Notes: generated by a model from the sequence alone, not told the origin. A stretch of DNA of 64,000 bases from Penicillus capitatus (GCA_965649825.1 OZ287714.1:124001-188000); one strand, 5' to 3'; shown: positions 24,301-37,961, counted from the stretch's first letter. Translations and numbers: made by a program.

Positions 24301-25417
24301 CAGAAACGATCGTGCTCTCTACGGAACGTCTGCAAACACGATCGTTTCGACACATCCCATACGCGAATGGTTTTGTCCTCGGAGTCCGAAATAATCAAGT
24401 CCTGAACGCCGACACTCTTCTAGAGTGAGAGTGAAAAGAGTGAGATACCTGTTTGGCATGGAAAATCACACAGGACACGTTATTCACATGGCCACGAAAG
24501 GTATCGACTTCCCATGCCTTACTCTCTGCAACACACAGCTATGATCCGTAGCAGCAATGCATGACGATGTCCTCTGCATTCCCACCGTTGTATCTCCACA
24601 ACTTGACCTGACGGTCGTCTGCTCCAGAGATAATGAGAGGAAGGTGTGGATGGAAGGCCACCCAGTTCACGCCTCGATCGTGTCCTTCCATCACGTGCTT
24701 CACATTGGTGTCTCCCCCTCCGAAGAGATCTCCCCCAATGTTCTGTGGGAGCTTCAAGATGTCATCCTCTCCAGCGTTGGAACCGGACCCGGGTGTGTAG
24801 GACTTCTTGCGTAGGGCACTGATGTCCCATACTCTCACAGTCTGGTCCAAAGATGCAGACACGACGAGATCGTCTTTCATGTGAAACTGGGCACACATGA
24901 CGTAGTGATTGTGCCCTGTCAGCACTGAAACGCAGGATCTGGATTGCCAGTTCCAGATTCGGATCGTCTGGTCATCGCTGGCACTCACAATCCATGGATT
25001 CTCATCATGAAACTGGACAGTGCGAATATAATCCAAATGTCCATGCAGTGTAAACAGACAGCGTCGCAACTTGTAATTCCAGACTTTGACTTTGTAATCG
25101 TCTCCACCCGAAACGAACAGAGGCTGCGATTTGTGAAAATGTACACCACGGACAGGTCCCTCGTGCTCTTCAAAACGATCGATAGTCGTGCCCACGCGAT
25201 AGTCCCATAACTAGATAACATGTGTCCGCAGCTATGGCTTCGTAGGGAGAGCGTACCTGGATGACGCCACTATGCAGCGACGCCAGAACCCATGGTCTAC
25301 AGAGACAAAACCGTATGAGGTGGGTGCATGCGTCATGCTGTCAAATGTGCTGTGCCTTTTGGGATGGAAAGCGAGACCCTTGACGCGGTTGCTCTTGGTT
25401 TCGAATTTCGTTAACAT
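21305..25417 (-). CDS. COPA: Coatomer subunit alpha, spliced
   Basis: [34 protein letters not shown]40 repeats, [32 protein letters not shown]-terminal NPFDIC...CPYTGA. Confidence 0.98.
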
Positions 25418-25491
25418 AGCGTCGCTGCGCTGAGACAGATGTCCTTGACGGCGATTGAACGAAATGGCTGATGATAATGATGATTCGATGT

Positions 25492-26426
25492 TTATTCATC
25501 GGAGGAGGGACGTCGCAAAATGACTTTGGTCATCCAACAGCCTTTCTTGATGCCAGTGGCCTTGAGGCAGAGAAGAAAAGCGAAGGGACCACAAGGATCG
25601 CCCTGACGATTCTCAACAGTCACTTCAATGCGTTTCAGCTCGGTATCGTAATCTGTGGACTGGGCCACGGAGAATGCTCGGCATCCGACAAGATCGGAGA
25701 ACGTGTTCAGAAATGCTCCTGGAAAAGAGTGACCATGAATGAGAGAGCATGCATCGATGGAGTGGTCCGATACCTAGAAAGTGATCAAAGTGATAAAGAT
25801 CTTTGGAGTAGCCAAAGTATCTCGATCTTTCCATTTCGCCCACATCTGCTGCAAACTCATACATTGTCTGGATGCCATGATTCATCCTCAAATCACACTC
25901 CCAGTCACTCTTTTTTGTCAAACGACGGTCCTGTACCACGGCGCGTCATTCTGTTGTATGGCTGACATCTGAATACGCACGACCTCTTCCGGAGAGAATT
26001 CTGTGGATGGCATGATCTAGGCACATTGATTCCAGTGATTGTCGCTTTTACAGCACGATCTGGTGCTCTGCAGTGCAAGGGAGGAGTTCTCACATGAGGA
26101 TTCGGAACGTTCTGTGGATTCCAGGACGGTACATTCCTGGAAAGAGGCACTTCCCTCGGTCTCCTGCATAGAGACATAATCGATTATGGCACGCCTTCAC
26201 TATTTGCCTTCTCTGAATACGGGTACCTGTTTGAAAAGGTCTTGGTGATGTGACTGGAGCTGTGTCCCCGAGATCGCACCCATTTCTGCCATGACGAAGC
26301 AACTTCGACGCAGCAGTGATGATCCGAGATGACCTGCGGATGGATCCGTGGTGATCGAGCGGTTACGATTCGTGCTCCTCGATCGAAGGCGGGTCTTGCG
26401 ATGGGAGCGCAGAAGAGGCGTTGCAT
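25492..26426 (-). CDS. Plant/cyanobacterial-type conserved protein (DUF4864-like), probable transit peptide, spliced
   Basis: AIQQNDAPW|MNHGIQTMYEFA, ERSRYFGYSKDLYHFDHFL|GAF, GIKKGCWMTKVIL*. Family match is from memory only. Confidence 0.65.
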
Positions 26427-26773
26427 TCTCGTTGACCATCTGTCACATCACATCTGCCACATCGGCAGTCGAATGAGGGCTGGATTACAATCACAACATT
26501 GTTCGACGCAAAAGCCAAAGCGCAACTGCGTTTCTTTATCCGTATCAACACTTTACGTCGTGCGTGTGCTTAAAAAGAGTTTTCTGTCACTCTGATCTCC
26601 TGTTGCTCTTTCGAAGGTGACTTCTCTCCATCCGACGCCTTGACGTATCGCCTCGGTCTTCGAATACATATTGTCCGAGTGCGCGTCGATTCGCGGGTTG
26701 CGTCGTTTTCGATGAGCGTTTTGAGAACGTGCTTTTGTCACAGGCCTGCTGTTTGTGCGTTCGTTCGTTGAAA

Positions 26774-27602
26774 ATGAGCAGTTTCTTTAAGAAGGTATGG
26801 GGCACGTCCAGCGCTTCGGCCGACAAGAGAGGCGGACGCAAAGCTGCCAGCACCTCTATGACCATCGAGTCTATCGAAGCCTTGACACAGAAAGAAGAAC
26901 ATCTGGAAAAAAGAAGACAGTTGATTGAGCAGCGAATTGCGAGAGAACTGGAAAACGCACTAAACTACAATAAGCAGAACAAAAAGAACCAAGCCCTTAT
27001 GTGCTTAAAGAAGAAGAAGATGTACGAGAAGAATGTATTATCCATCACACATTTCACCCTTCTCACTCTTTTTTATGGTACGTGAATGACAGATGGAGGA
27101 TCTGGGGAATTTAATCATGAAAGTCAATGAGCAGAAGATGGTGTTGGAGAACGCTCAGACAATGGCTGAGACACTGAAGGCGCTTGGAAACGCCACAAAA
27201 GCGTCGAAATCTGCTCTTAAGGATAACCAGATTGAAGATGTGGACAAGTTGATGGACGACATTGCGGCAGAGACAGACACTATGCGCGAAATCAATGACC
27301 GGATTTCGGAACCGGCATCCTTCATGGCAGAGTACGATGATGACGAGCTCCTCAATGAACTGAACGAGTTGGATGCCGAAATGCTGGACGAGGAGCTGCT
27401 GGCGCCCAATGCTCTGCCTACTGTACCTGATGAAGGTGTGATGTCAACCCAAACAGATTTTTATACCGTCTCACTCTTTGTTGTGGTATTAGTGGAAGAA
27501 TTGCCATCTGTCCCGGCGAAGACGGTGCAGCCTGCCAAGGCAGAAAAGCCTCAGACAAGCGAAGAGCAAGAACTGGCAGCCTTGGCTGCTGAGCTCGCTT
27601 AG
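26774..27602 (+). CDS. SNF7: ESCRT-III subunit SNF7/VPS32 (CHMP4)
   Basis: IESIEALTQKEEHLEKR, ALMCLKKKKMYEK, KMVLENA, DVDKLMDDI, DDDELLNELNEL, EEQELAALAAELA*. Confidence 0.93.
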
Positions 27603-28509
27603 AGATCGATTCTTGTATCGACTCTGGAGGAACGGATTCTTTCATTGGATAACGGTTGCGGTGACAGTGGTGGATGATCATGTGTTACTAACTGTTAGCA
27701 CACCAAAGAGCCATCTCACTGATACGTAAAGAAGCCTACGATCGTTGTGTAGTATTTAATGTGGCGCTGTTTCTTCTCGAGCACAGATGAGGAAGCTGTG
27801 TTGCACACGATTCTCTGCCAAACGCGCCTTGTCTGGCTCACTCACACCTGTCGCATCTGATTCTCTTTATTCGGTGTGGACGTGGGCGGCCAGCCACGAC
27901 GATGGTCATGTAGTAGACGCGTTCTTGCACGAGCAGCTTGTTTCGTCTGTCTGCCAATTGGTGACGCGGCATCGTCTCTCTCTTCGGGGCGACCGCTATC
28001 TCTGTCCTCTCCTCAGTACAGGATGCGGAGAAGATGGATATTTCTCCGTTGCTAACTGACGAACGATCGATATTGCGTTCAGCTACACAGAAAGATCTGA
28101 AGGTTTCTCTGCAAAAGGACATGAGTATCAATTCATCCTGAGTTCCAACATGTCAACTGTCTCTCCCAACCTTTTCTCCTATCTACCGCATCTTACTCAG
28201 AAGGCAGAACATCGCACAGAGTCCATCAGTCCTGCTTCCCTGACATTTCGTCGATCTCCTACAGTCTGCTATGTGAACTCTGATGTGACTCCTCCTCCTC
28301 TCTATATACAGTCGCGGATTGGGCAGTCTCTGAGGCTGTTGCTGTTGTCGATCAGACAGACATCGTTGCCAGATCCATCCATCCAGCAATACAGCTATCA
28401 TCCATTCAGTTGTGCAGCTATTACAGAGTTCGATAAGAAAAATAGATGCGTCCGCCGACCTGCTTCCAAAAAGTAGAAACAAGTGTATACTGTGAGCCGA
28501 TGACAGATC

Positions 28510-29279
28510 TCAGTCCTTCTTTGTGCCAAATCGCTCTGCCCTGCGTCTCTTTTTCTCTTCTTCTGTCGCAGATGATGCGGTAACGATGTGTGACAGATCA
28601 ATGGTGCCTTTATCGTTCTTTGCACTATCGCCGCCTGATGTCAAGGACTCAGCAAATCTCTTGGTCCTCTGTTCCTTCTTTGTCGTTTCACTGTCGGAAA
28701 ATTTCAAAGCAAAACGCTCCGTTCGTGATTTCAGCTTCTTTGCCTCGCGCTCTGTCACATCCACCTGCATACATATCAAACGTCACATCCGTCTATATTG
28801 TGAGAAGAGGGGCTCTGACAATTCCAAAACGCTCAGCTCGGCGTTTCTTCTTTGCCTCTTCATCTGCTTTCATCGATGCTGCATCTGTTCTAGGGATATT
28901 GTAAACGATAGGCGTATGTTTGGGTTTGATCTCTCCATCCTCTTCCGTCACTGTCGCCTTTCCTTTTGTCTCTTTATCTTCTTCGGCAGGCGACTGCATT
29001 TCAGCGGCTGCCTCTTTATTATCTACGATTATGTCCTCGGCCTTGTCTTTGTCAGTCAAACTCGGCGTCTCCGGGGACCCAGGACTTTCTTTTTCGATAA
29101 TATCGGTGAGTCGCCGAATCAAATGGGCTTTGCTGCCTGATTGATCCACTCCACGCTTCTTCAACTCCTCCTTTATCTCCTAAAAAGGCGGCGCGTCGAC
29201 TATCGAGAGTGTGTACCCGTCTGGATACCGTGACTTTGAGCCTTTTGACTTGCTCGCTCGTGAGACGTGTCGTCGACAT
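28510..29279 (-). CDS. SAP-domain Tho1/MOS11/SARNP-like mRNA export protein
   Basis: KRLK|..KEELKKRGVDQSGSKAHLIRRL SAP motif; repeated KKRRAERFG motifs. Confidence 0.85.
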
Positions 29280-29445
29280 GGTGCTGCTGCCTGCAAACAA
29301 AACACAAAACCTTCGAAAAACGGAGTCACCTGCAATCACGCATGTATCAGGGATGCGCGAACACGACAGCCAATGCCGCTCAAATAGATGACAACTCATC
29401 ATCTTCACAGACATTTCCTATCTATCTGCTTTCCACCTCACGGCG

Positions 29446-29988
29446 ATGCTTGGTCGCTGTCTCTATTTGCGGTCGCTTCGGCGCTGCGGACCGTGTTGGA
29501 CGACGTGGCGAGGGATGTCTGAGGAGGGAAACGACGATTCGGCGCCGCCACTGCCTCAAGTCACAAATGCCCCGACGGGCGTCGACGCCACGACGATCTA
29601 CGGAGACCAGTACGCAACGGAGGAGTACCAAGCTCGCCAAATCGAACGACGCGTTGTGATGGCCGTCGACATCATGGAGCGCGGTCGAGTTGAACAGGCC
29701 TATGCTTCACTACGCCGCAGGTGTCGTCTCCCCCCTTACGCGCTTAGGATATCGTAGCGGCCGAGTCCAGATTTCGCGATGAGGGATTCGATCGCATCAT
29801 TCGGCAGAAACGCCGTCTGCGTCCATGTCTCGTACAGCGTCAGAGAAAACGTGATGCTGAGTATCGTCAGTACAAGAAGGAAGTGGCTGAACGGATGAAG
29901 TGGATAGAGCGCTTTCGTGGAAGGTCGTCATCGAATTGGCCTATGACGTGCATCCGAGCACCTGTTGCGTGGTTTCAGGGGTTTCTAA
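29446..29988 (+). CDS. Mitochondrial ribosomal protein bS21-like, spliced
   Basis: Arg-rich transit-like N-terminus; VMAVDIMERGRVEQAYASLRR|RFRDEG...KRRLRPC...RDAEYRQYKK. Confidence 0.65.
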
Positions 29989-30227
29989 GGGCGATGGTGG
30001 TTGTGATGTGACGTTTGATGGATGGTAATGACGTGTGGATAGTGTAGGGATTTTAATTGTCGGCGTCCCGCTGAACTTCGTCTTACCGCTAAATCACCAG
30101 CACTGCTTGCTTCCTTTAACAACAACGCTGGAAATCGCCGAGAGTCGTTTTCCGTATCGTCCGTCTCTTGTTTTCTTTGCTTCGCTGCCTTCGGCGCATA
30201 AAGCTCACATTCGAACCGCCGTTCTAA

Positions 30228-33200
30228 ATGGGCGACTCCGCGGCGTCTGTCCATGCCGTCGGGAGCAAAGTATGGGTTCCCGATAAGAAGGAGGCGTGGC
30301 TCAAGGCGGAAGTCATCGCACTGGATGGTGATTTTGTCAAAGTACGAACAGAGCTTGACGATGAGCGGCGCGTGAAACAAGATGAGTGCCCGCGGCAAAA
30401 CCTCGAGTCACGTCCGGAAGAGGTCTGTGTGCTTCTGTCGACTGTCTCGTGTTGACGAAATCGAACCAGGACATGACCAAGCTACCCTATTTGAACGAGC
30501 CTGCGGTGTTATGGAACCTGAAGGCACGATACGGAGTCGATGATATCTACACGTATACAGGGAGCATTCTCATTGCCATTAATCCTTTTGCCGGGCTGAA
30601 TCATCTCTACGGGAAGCACATGATGGAACAGTATCGGGGTGTTGAGCTGGGAGAGCTGTCGCCACACGTTTACGCAGTGGCAGACGAAGCATACCGACTG
30701 ATGATGAAAGAAAAGAAATCTCAATCTGTATTGGTAAGGGAATTGAGAGAGTAAAAGAGTGAGAAGAGTGAGAATGGTATGACAGGTGAGTGGCGAATCC
30801 GGAGCTGGAAAGACAGAAACGAGCAAGCTTTTGATGAGATACCTGGCATTCATGGGCGGATTTGACCAGTCTGAGGCGGAGGCCGGTACACGGAGTGTCG
30901 AACAACAAGTGATGGGTCCCTGTGTGTGCGCACGTGCGTGACCAAGCAACGGGGTGTGTAGATTCTGGAGTCCAACCCACTTTTGGAGACGTTTGGCAAT
31001 GCCAAGACTGTCCGAAATAATAACTCATCACGTTTTGGTAAGTTTGTGGAACTGCAATTTGACAAGGACGGACGTATTTGTGGGGCGGCCATTCGTACGT
31101 ACCTATTGGAGCGATCCAGGGTGGTTACGGTTAATGACCCCGAGAGAAACTATCACATTTTTTATCAACTCTGTGATGGAGCCTCTCCAAAAGAACAGAA
31201 AGACTTCTACCTGCGTCCGGCTAAAGAATTTCGTTACCTGAATCAGAGCACGTGCTATGAGCTCAATGGAGTCGACAATGCACGCGATTATCAGGTAGGC
31301 AAGCAATGGTAAATGCATGAGTAAGACCGTTGTGTGAGATCTGTCGTGTGTATGTAGCGTACACGCCAAGCCATGAGTCTTGTCGGGATTAGTGAAGAAG
31401 ACCAGAATTCTATATCGCGTACTGTCGCGGCAGTACTGCATCTAGGCAACGTTATTTTCACTGAAAGTATGAGACACAGTTCTTCAGTGAGGTAGATGTT
31501 TGAAACTGTGGTCCTGTAGTGAACGATCCTGATGCATCAACGCTCTCTGGAGACGACGCTGCCATGCATTTGGCTGCAGCTGCAGAGCTTCTGGGTGTAT
31601 CTGCAGACAGCCTAAAACATTCGCTGACGACACGAACACGTCATACGAGAGACGGTCCCATTGTCAGTCCTATCAATGTCAAGGCAGCGTCCGATAGCAG
31701 AGACTCTTTAGCAAAAACCATCTACTCGCGCATGTTTGACTGGTTAGTGCAGACAGTGAACACATCCATCGGTCAAGATCCAAATGCTTTCGCTGTTGTT
31801 GGTGTTTTGGATATCTATGGCTTCGAGTGCTTCAAAGAGAATGACTTTGAGCAATTCTGTATCAATCTTGCCAATGAGAAACTGCAGCAGCATTTCAATC
31901 AGCACGTTTTCAAGATGGAACAGGCAGAGTACGAGAGGGAGAAGATCGACTGGAGCTACATTAAATTCGTGGACAACCAAGACGTCTTAGACTTGATCGA
32001 AAAGAAACCGTTCGGCATCATCGACCTCCTCGATGAAACCTGCCGTTTCCAAAACGTCACATCTGGTTTTGTCACCGCTGTACTTAAGTGCGTTTTTGGT
32101 TTAGGCAACCCATGAAGATCTAGCTCTGAAGTTCTATAACACTGACCAAATCAAGACCCATAAGAGATTCCAGAAACCACGTCGATCGAATACGGCATTC
32201 ACGATTGAGCACTATGCGGGACAAGTGACGTATCAGACGGACAATTTTCTACAGAAGAATCGAGATTATGTGGTCGCCGAGCATCAAGACATGCTGGGCA
32301 ATTCGGAGCATTCCTTCATTCGTCTTCTCTTTCCTCCGGATCCTGTGGAGGAAGCGCCGAAGGGCGGCAGAGGTGGACCAATGAAGGCAGCATTCAAGTT
32401 CTCGTCTGTCGGCTCACAGTTTAAGAAGCAGCTCTCGGAATTGATGACGTCGTTGCACACCATGTCCCCACACTACATCCGCTGCATCAAGCCGAATTCC
32501 TTGAACAAGCCACTGCTCTTTGAGAATGCCTATAACCTGCATCAGCTGCGATGTGGTGGTGTCCTGGAAGCAATCCGTATCAGCTGTGCGGGATATCCCT
32601 CGAAGCGCCTCTACGAAGACTTCGTGGATCACTTCTGGATGTTGTCACCTGGCGAATTCCACTCCGGAATGGAAGAGAAGGAGCTCAGCCGAATGATTCT
32701 GGAGAAGGCCGCTTTGAAGGATTATCAGTTGGGATTGACCAAGGTGTTCTTGCGCTCGGGTCAACTGGCTGTATTGGATAAAGTCCGAACAGAAATGTTG
32801 AACAAGGGATCGACGACCATTCAGAAGAATATCCGTGCATGGTTGCAGAGAAGAAAATACTTCCGGACACTCAGAGCCACATTGGTGATCCAATCCTTCA
32901 TCCGTGGCTACTTTGCACGTCGCAAGGCTCGCAATTTGCGCGTGTTCCGTGCAGCTATTGTCCTGCAGAAGTGCTTCAGGCGTTTCAAAGCTCAAATCCG
33001 ATTCCGTAAGACGGTGTGGAGTGTTATCCGTGTTCAATCTGCTTGGAAAGGATTCAAAGCACGAGGCCTTGCCAAAGATCTACGCAAGCAGAAGGCGGCC
33101 ACGACAATCCAGACATACTTCAGGATGCACAGAGAGAAGGACCACTTTAACAAGGTTCGAAATGCTGTCATCGCTGTGCAGAGTCATTGGAGAGGTCTGG

Positions 33201-36082
33201 GCGCGCGACGAGAGTTGAAGAAACTGCGTGCCGAAGCGCGTGAAGCTCGCAAGCTTTTGGAGGACAAACGTATTCTGGAAGCAAAGGTGAAGGAGATGCA
33301 GTCGACAATGGAGACTGTTCAGGATCAGCGAAATGAACTGAAACGACAAGTGAAGGACAGCAAGGCGGCAGTGGCTGAAGTCATGGAGAAGCTGACGAAG
33401 GCAGAGGAAGAGAGAGACGAGCTGCTGGCAGCACAGAAAGCCAATCTTAATAGAGCAATGTGGGAAGAGCGGCAAGTCAAAGAAAAGGTCACTCTTTCAT
33501 CTCTCATTCTTTATGAAATCTGCAAATGTGTGATGTAGATTGAGACAGAACTGGAAAATGTGAGGCGAAAAGCCAGAGAGAATGAGAACAAGTTGAAGAG
33601 CGAGAAGAGCGGTTTGAGCACACAGATCGAGGAACTCCTGGAGAAAGTGCACAAACTGGAGGTCTCCCAAAAAGAACAGGAGGAAAAACACCAGAAGGCC
33701 GAAGAAGAGCTGAAAAGAAGGCAATATCTTACCATGATGGCAATGGAATTGAGGATGGATGTTCTGTGTTTGGGTGTAGGTTGGACAATGCCATTGTTCA
33801 GAGGAACGAGGCACGCGAATCTTCTTTGCGTCTGGAGGCAGAACTGAAACACAAAGAAGAGGAAATTGCATCGGGCAAGTATATTCCTGCCACTCCAGAA
33901 TTGGCTGTTCCTGGACGACCAGAACACTTGGCCATGCGCCGTCGCATGAATACCAGCATGGATGGTCATCCCAGCAAATTCCGTCACACAAAATCGACGG
34001 TCGATGGATCCATGGCCCAATCTCCTCCATCTGCAGAAACAGCAGCTCCATTGGTGACTGCAACCAATGGCATCTTTGCCGGTCCAGGTCAAGAGTATCC
34101 AGAAGTGGACAGAACTCAACAGGAGATTTATCTGAAGCAACAGCAGATGGTGAAAGAGCAGAAGCGACAGGATGAGGAGAAACTGTTACAGAGTTTGTCG
34201 ACACACTTGGGATTCCAGAAGGGACGTCCCTTGGCTGCCGTGATCATCTTCCGATGCTGTTTGCAATGGAAGTCTTTCCAAGCAGACAAGACATCGATCT
34301 TCGATCGTATCATCCAGACCATTGGCAAACAGATCGAGGAGAAACAGGATGACAATAACATCCTTGCCTATTGGCTGACAAACATCGTGACGTTACTGTT
34401 CATGCTGCAAAAGAATATCAAGCCAGCGAGCAGTGGCAATTACTCAAAGCAGAGGACGCCAAGTGGAAGGTCCTTTTTGGGTGCCAATCGATTTACGAGT
34501 TTCTTGTCTCGTGTGGCGACCGCTTCACCGTCTTCGATGTCAGATGCCTCTCTCCATGGAGGTGGCGCTGGAGGTTTCTCTCAAGTGGAGGCCAAGTATC
34601 CAGCATTGCTCTTTAAGCAACAGCTGGATGCGTTTGTCCAAAAAATCTTCCCGATGCTCAGAGACAATGTCCGCAAAGAAATCAGCAATCATCTCTCTTC
34701 CTGCATTCTGGCACCGAAAGGAATCATGCGTTCGACCAGCCGTGGAGGCAGACATGCCCACCAAGGTACTCCCCGTATCTCACGCGCTCTCTTATGGAAA
34801 CGCCTGGTGATGGACATGCAGGTGCCAATCAGCCACTGGGGCATCATTGGGAAGAAGTGCTGCGTGCGCTTGACAGTCTGCTCTTTGTGTTGAAGGCCAA
34901 CCACATGCCGCATTTCTTGATGCAGATGCTGTTCAAACAGATCTTCGCCTTCGTCAATGTCCAGCTGTTCAATCAGTTGCTCCTCCGCCGAGAGTGCTGT
35001 TCGTTTTCGAATGGCGAGTACGTCAAGAGTGGACTCTCTGAAGTGGAACGTTGGATCGACAATGCGGGGAGAAAGTTCGTTGGAGATTCGTGGGAAGACC
35101 TCAAATTCATACGCCAAGTCTCTTTCTCTTCTCCAGGATTGTGCATGGTGGTATCCACTTCTGTCTGTGCAGGCCGTTACCTTTTTGGTCATACATCAGA
35201 AACCAAACAAGTCGTTGGAAGAGATCACCACGGATCTGTGCCCAGTGCTGAGTGTCCAGCAATTGTACCGTATCAGTACTATGTACTGGGACGACAAGTA
35301 CAATACAGAGACGGTGTCGCCGGAGGTGCTTCATCAGATGAAACAGCTGATGGTGGACAACTCTTCTGCTGCAAGCCATTCCTTCCTGTTGGATGATGAT
35401 TCCAGCATTCCCTTTCAATTGGAGCACATAGTGGCAAACATGGAAGAAAAGGTACGGAGAGAAAAAGCGCGTTCGAAAACTGCCAAGGCACACTCGGTAG
35501 CATCAGAGGGTTCGGCAAGTAGTCGCGTCTCAACGCCTTCTCTCTATCTGACGGACATCCGTCCTGGCTCTTTCTCTTCACTCTTTTCATCTGACGTGAC
35601 AGCCGAAAGTCCAGATGAATGAATGAGAACGGTCCGTCGTCCTTTTCAGCTGTTGCTCTTAACTTGTACTGGGGGACTTGTCCATCCTCGTCTTCTGTTG
35701 CTGCATGAGTCAAGCGCTTGTGACCGGTGTATATATGATGAACCAACCACATTGTTGTTGTTATCCTTGTGGAATCTGTATCTGCTGCTCCTCATCTGCC
35801 CTCTACGGATGTCTCCCTCTTCGCTCTTTCCTTTTCTCCCTTTCTGTTTTGTGATCTGTCGCGTCTTCTCTCTCATGCAGCAGCATCGGTCACACACATG
35901 CATCCGTAGCAGGGCGGATAGGGGTACAGTGTACAGTGCCCAACATCGATACACCAACGGCAACTAATAACTGCGTTGTGTGTGTTCAGGAACTGTACTC
36001 TGAAGTACAGCACCTGCCAGATTCGCTTAAACAGTCAAGGGGATTCGAATTCCTCCAAAAGCCACTTTCAGTTCCGGCATGA
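30228..36082 (+). CDS. Class XI myosin heavy chain (motor, IQ repeats, coiled coil, DIL domain), spliced
   Basis: [33 protein letters not shown]-like [38 protein letters not shown] repeats, DIL region. Last exon 35990..36082 ([22 protein letters not shown]) after a 538-nt intron. Confidence 0.97.
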
Positions 36083-36303
36083 AGGGAACGGAGACGTAGA
36101 GAGGGATGCATGTGTGTGGCTGATTGTGTGTGCTCGCTTGCTCGTCCCTACGCGAGCAGAGCTTCTGTCTCGTGTGCATTATCTATCTATCATTGAGGAA
36201 ACAAACAAACTATGGATGAGGTTGTTTCTCATTTGACAGACGTGTTGACAAAGTTGTTCTTTCGTCTATTGCCCGCACCAACTGTCAAATCATCCACTCC
36301 GAC

Positions 36304-37014
36304 ATGACTCCGTTGAACGTCCCTTTGTTGCTGGAAGGCGTTTGGTGCCTGAGTGTCGGCCTCGGTGTCTGGAACAATGACTATCCGAGACCTAAAGAGG
36401 CAACATTGCCGTTCCTCCACTTCGATCTCCTCCTGCGCCGTATTGGTCCTCTCTTACCCTTTGTCGTCTTTGCACTGCGAGCCCTCTTCGAAAATTGGCT
36501 CTTTCCGCGTTCATCTATCAAGAAAGCTGACGAAAAGCAGAGTCACGTCCGCGATTGTGTGCTCGGCGCTAGGCCGAACCTCTGGGATTGTTTTGGCCTC
36601 TATGTGTGCCTGACTCTGATACGTATTGGCCTCTACGTCCTTCATCTATCGTGTGAATGGTTCCTGCTTCGAGCGGAGGTCTCGCCGAATCACCTCCTCT
36701 CTGATCACATCGTGTTGGCCGCGTCCCTTGTGGCCATTCTCAAAGTCGAGATTGCTTTTCTCCTCGAGGGATTGAATGAGAGAAACCCGTTGTCCGTCAG
36801 AACGACGCGAAAGAAGAGCCTCAAAGAGGCCTTGGCGTTTTCCCTGCTGTTCATTGTCCTGTCTATAGCGCTGTTGCTCTTCGGAGCTGTCTGCGGAGAT
36901 ATGTATTACACGGCAATGTATTTCCATCCCAGAATGCAATCTCTAACAGCCCTGTGCGTTGGATTCGGTTTTCAAATGTGTGCCAGTGTCTGGCTGAATC
37001 GTTGCACCATCTAA
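36304..37014 (+). CDS. Multi-pass membrane protein with FIT/PAP2-like His motifs
   Basis: Several hydrophobic helices; LLSDHIVLA and YTAMYFHP resemble the two His motifs of FIT/Scs3 (SGH, YFH). Confidence 0.55.
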   Translation: MTPLNVPLLLEGVWCLSVGLGVWNNDYPRPKEATLPFLHFDLLLRRIGPLLPFVVFALRALFENWLFPRSSIKKADEKQSHVRDCVLGARPNLWDCFGLYVCLTLIRIGLYVLHLSCEWFLLRAEVSPNHLLSDHIVLAASLVAILKVEIAFLLEGLNERNPLSVRTTRKKSLKEALAFSLLFIVLSIALLLFGAVCGDMYYTAMYFHPRMQSLTALCVGFGFQMCASVWLNRCTI

Positions 37015-37911
37015 GTCTGTCGAGAGATGGCTTCGTTTAATGTATTGTTCCCCAGCATTGCTTGGGATGAAATGGCTTTATTTGCCTTCTCTTGGCGACG
37101 TTTCTCGAATTCCTTAAATCCTTCTGTCCCTTCAAGGGCATCTCTTGTCATGGGGTTGCCATCCAACGACAGCGTCTGCAGAGACTGGCACTCCAAGAAA
37201 ATCGCGGAAGGGATGGAGACGATCTGGTTTCGCTCGCATGACAGTTCTCTGAGTCTCACACAAAAACGCAAACTCAGTGGCAACACCTTATGACAGATCA
37301 CGCTCTCGAATAGCAGTATGTTTAGATAGGGGGTTGGGTACTTGGATAGTGTTGTTGCTGAGCATGAGGCGTTCCAATGCCCGCATGTCTGCGAAACTGT
37401 TGTGCAGCGTGGAAATTCGATTCTCACTCAAATCAATGTCCTTCAAAAGTGTGAGCTGCCCCAGCTGTTCGGGAATCTCTGTCAGGCAGTTGTTCGCCAT
37501 GGATAACTTCTCCAGACGCGTCAGCGAACCCAGACAGGCAGGAAACGTGGAAATTTTGTTATTGTCTATCACAAGGACCTACAGCACCTTCGCACTCTAT
37601 TTGGTAACTCGCTCTTTTACCTTCAGCTGCTGCAGTTGTCCTAAGGAATCGGGAAGGGTGACCAGTTCGTTTCTCGACAGAATGAGACGATTCAGTTGAC
37701 GACAGCCATCGAGGAACGAAGGAAGACTGCGAATGTGATTGATACTGGCGTCAATGGCCGTCAGACGAGGAGCAATGTCGCTCAGGTCAGGGAGCTCTTG
37801 TATCCCTTCGCCGCGCAGTCCCACGACTCCCGTTGCGCGCCATCCCTCAACACGCCGATGTTTCTTCGGATTTGTCAGCGCTTCGCGTAACGTGCCGCAA
37901 CAGCTGCCCAT
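37011..37911 (-). CDS. Leucine-rich repeat protein, LRRC57-like, with MGSCC acylation motif
   Basis: MGSCCG..KHRRVEGWRATGVVGLR, tandem LxxLxLxxNxL repeats, RRQEKANKAI. An upstream in-frame ATG triplet lies at 37956. Confidence 0.85.
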
Positions 37912-37961
37912 TCTGCGTCGTACTTTGAAGTTAAAACCGAATCGCTTCATCATCATCCGTA

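Noticed and set aside
27700-28500. Possible small spliced gene on the minus strand between SNF7 and the SAP protein
   Set aside because: Intron-like segments are present, but no consistent reading frame could be assembled by eye.
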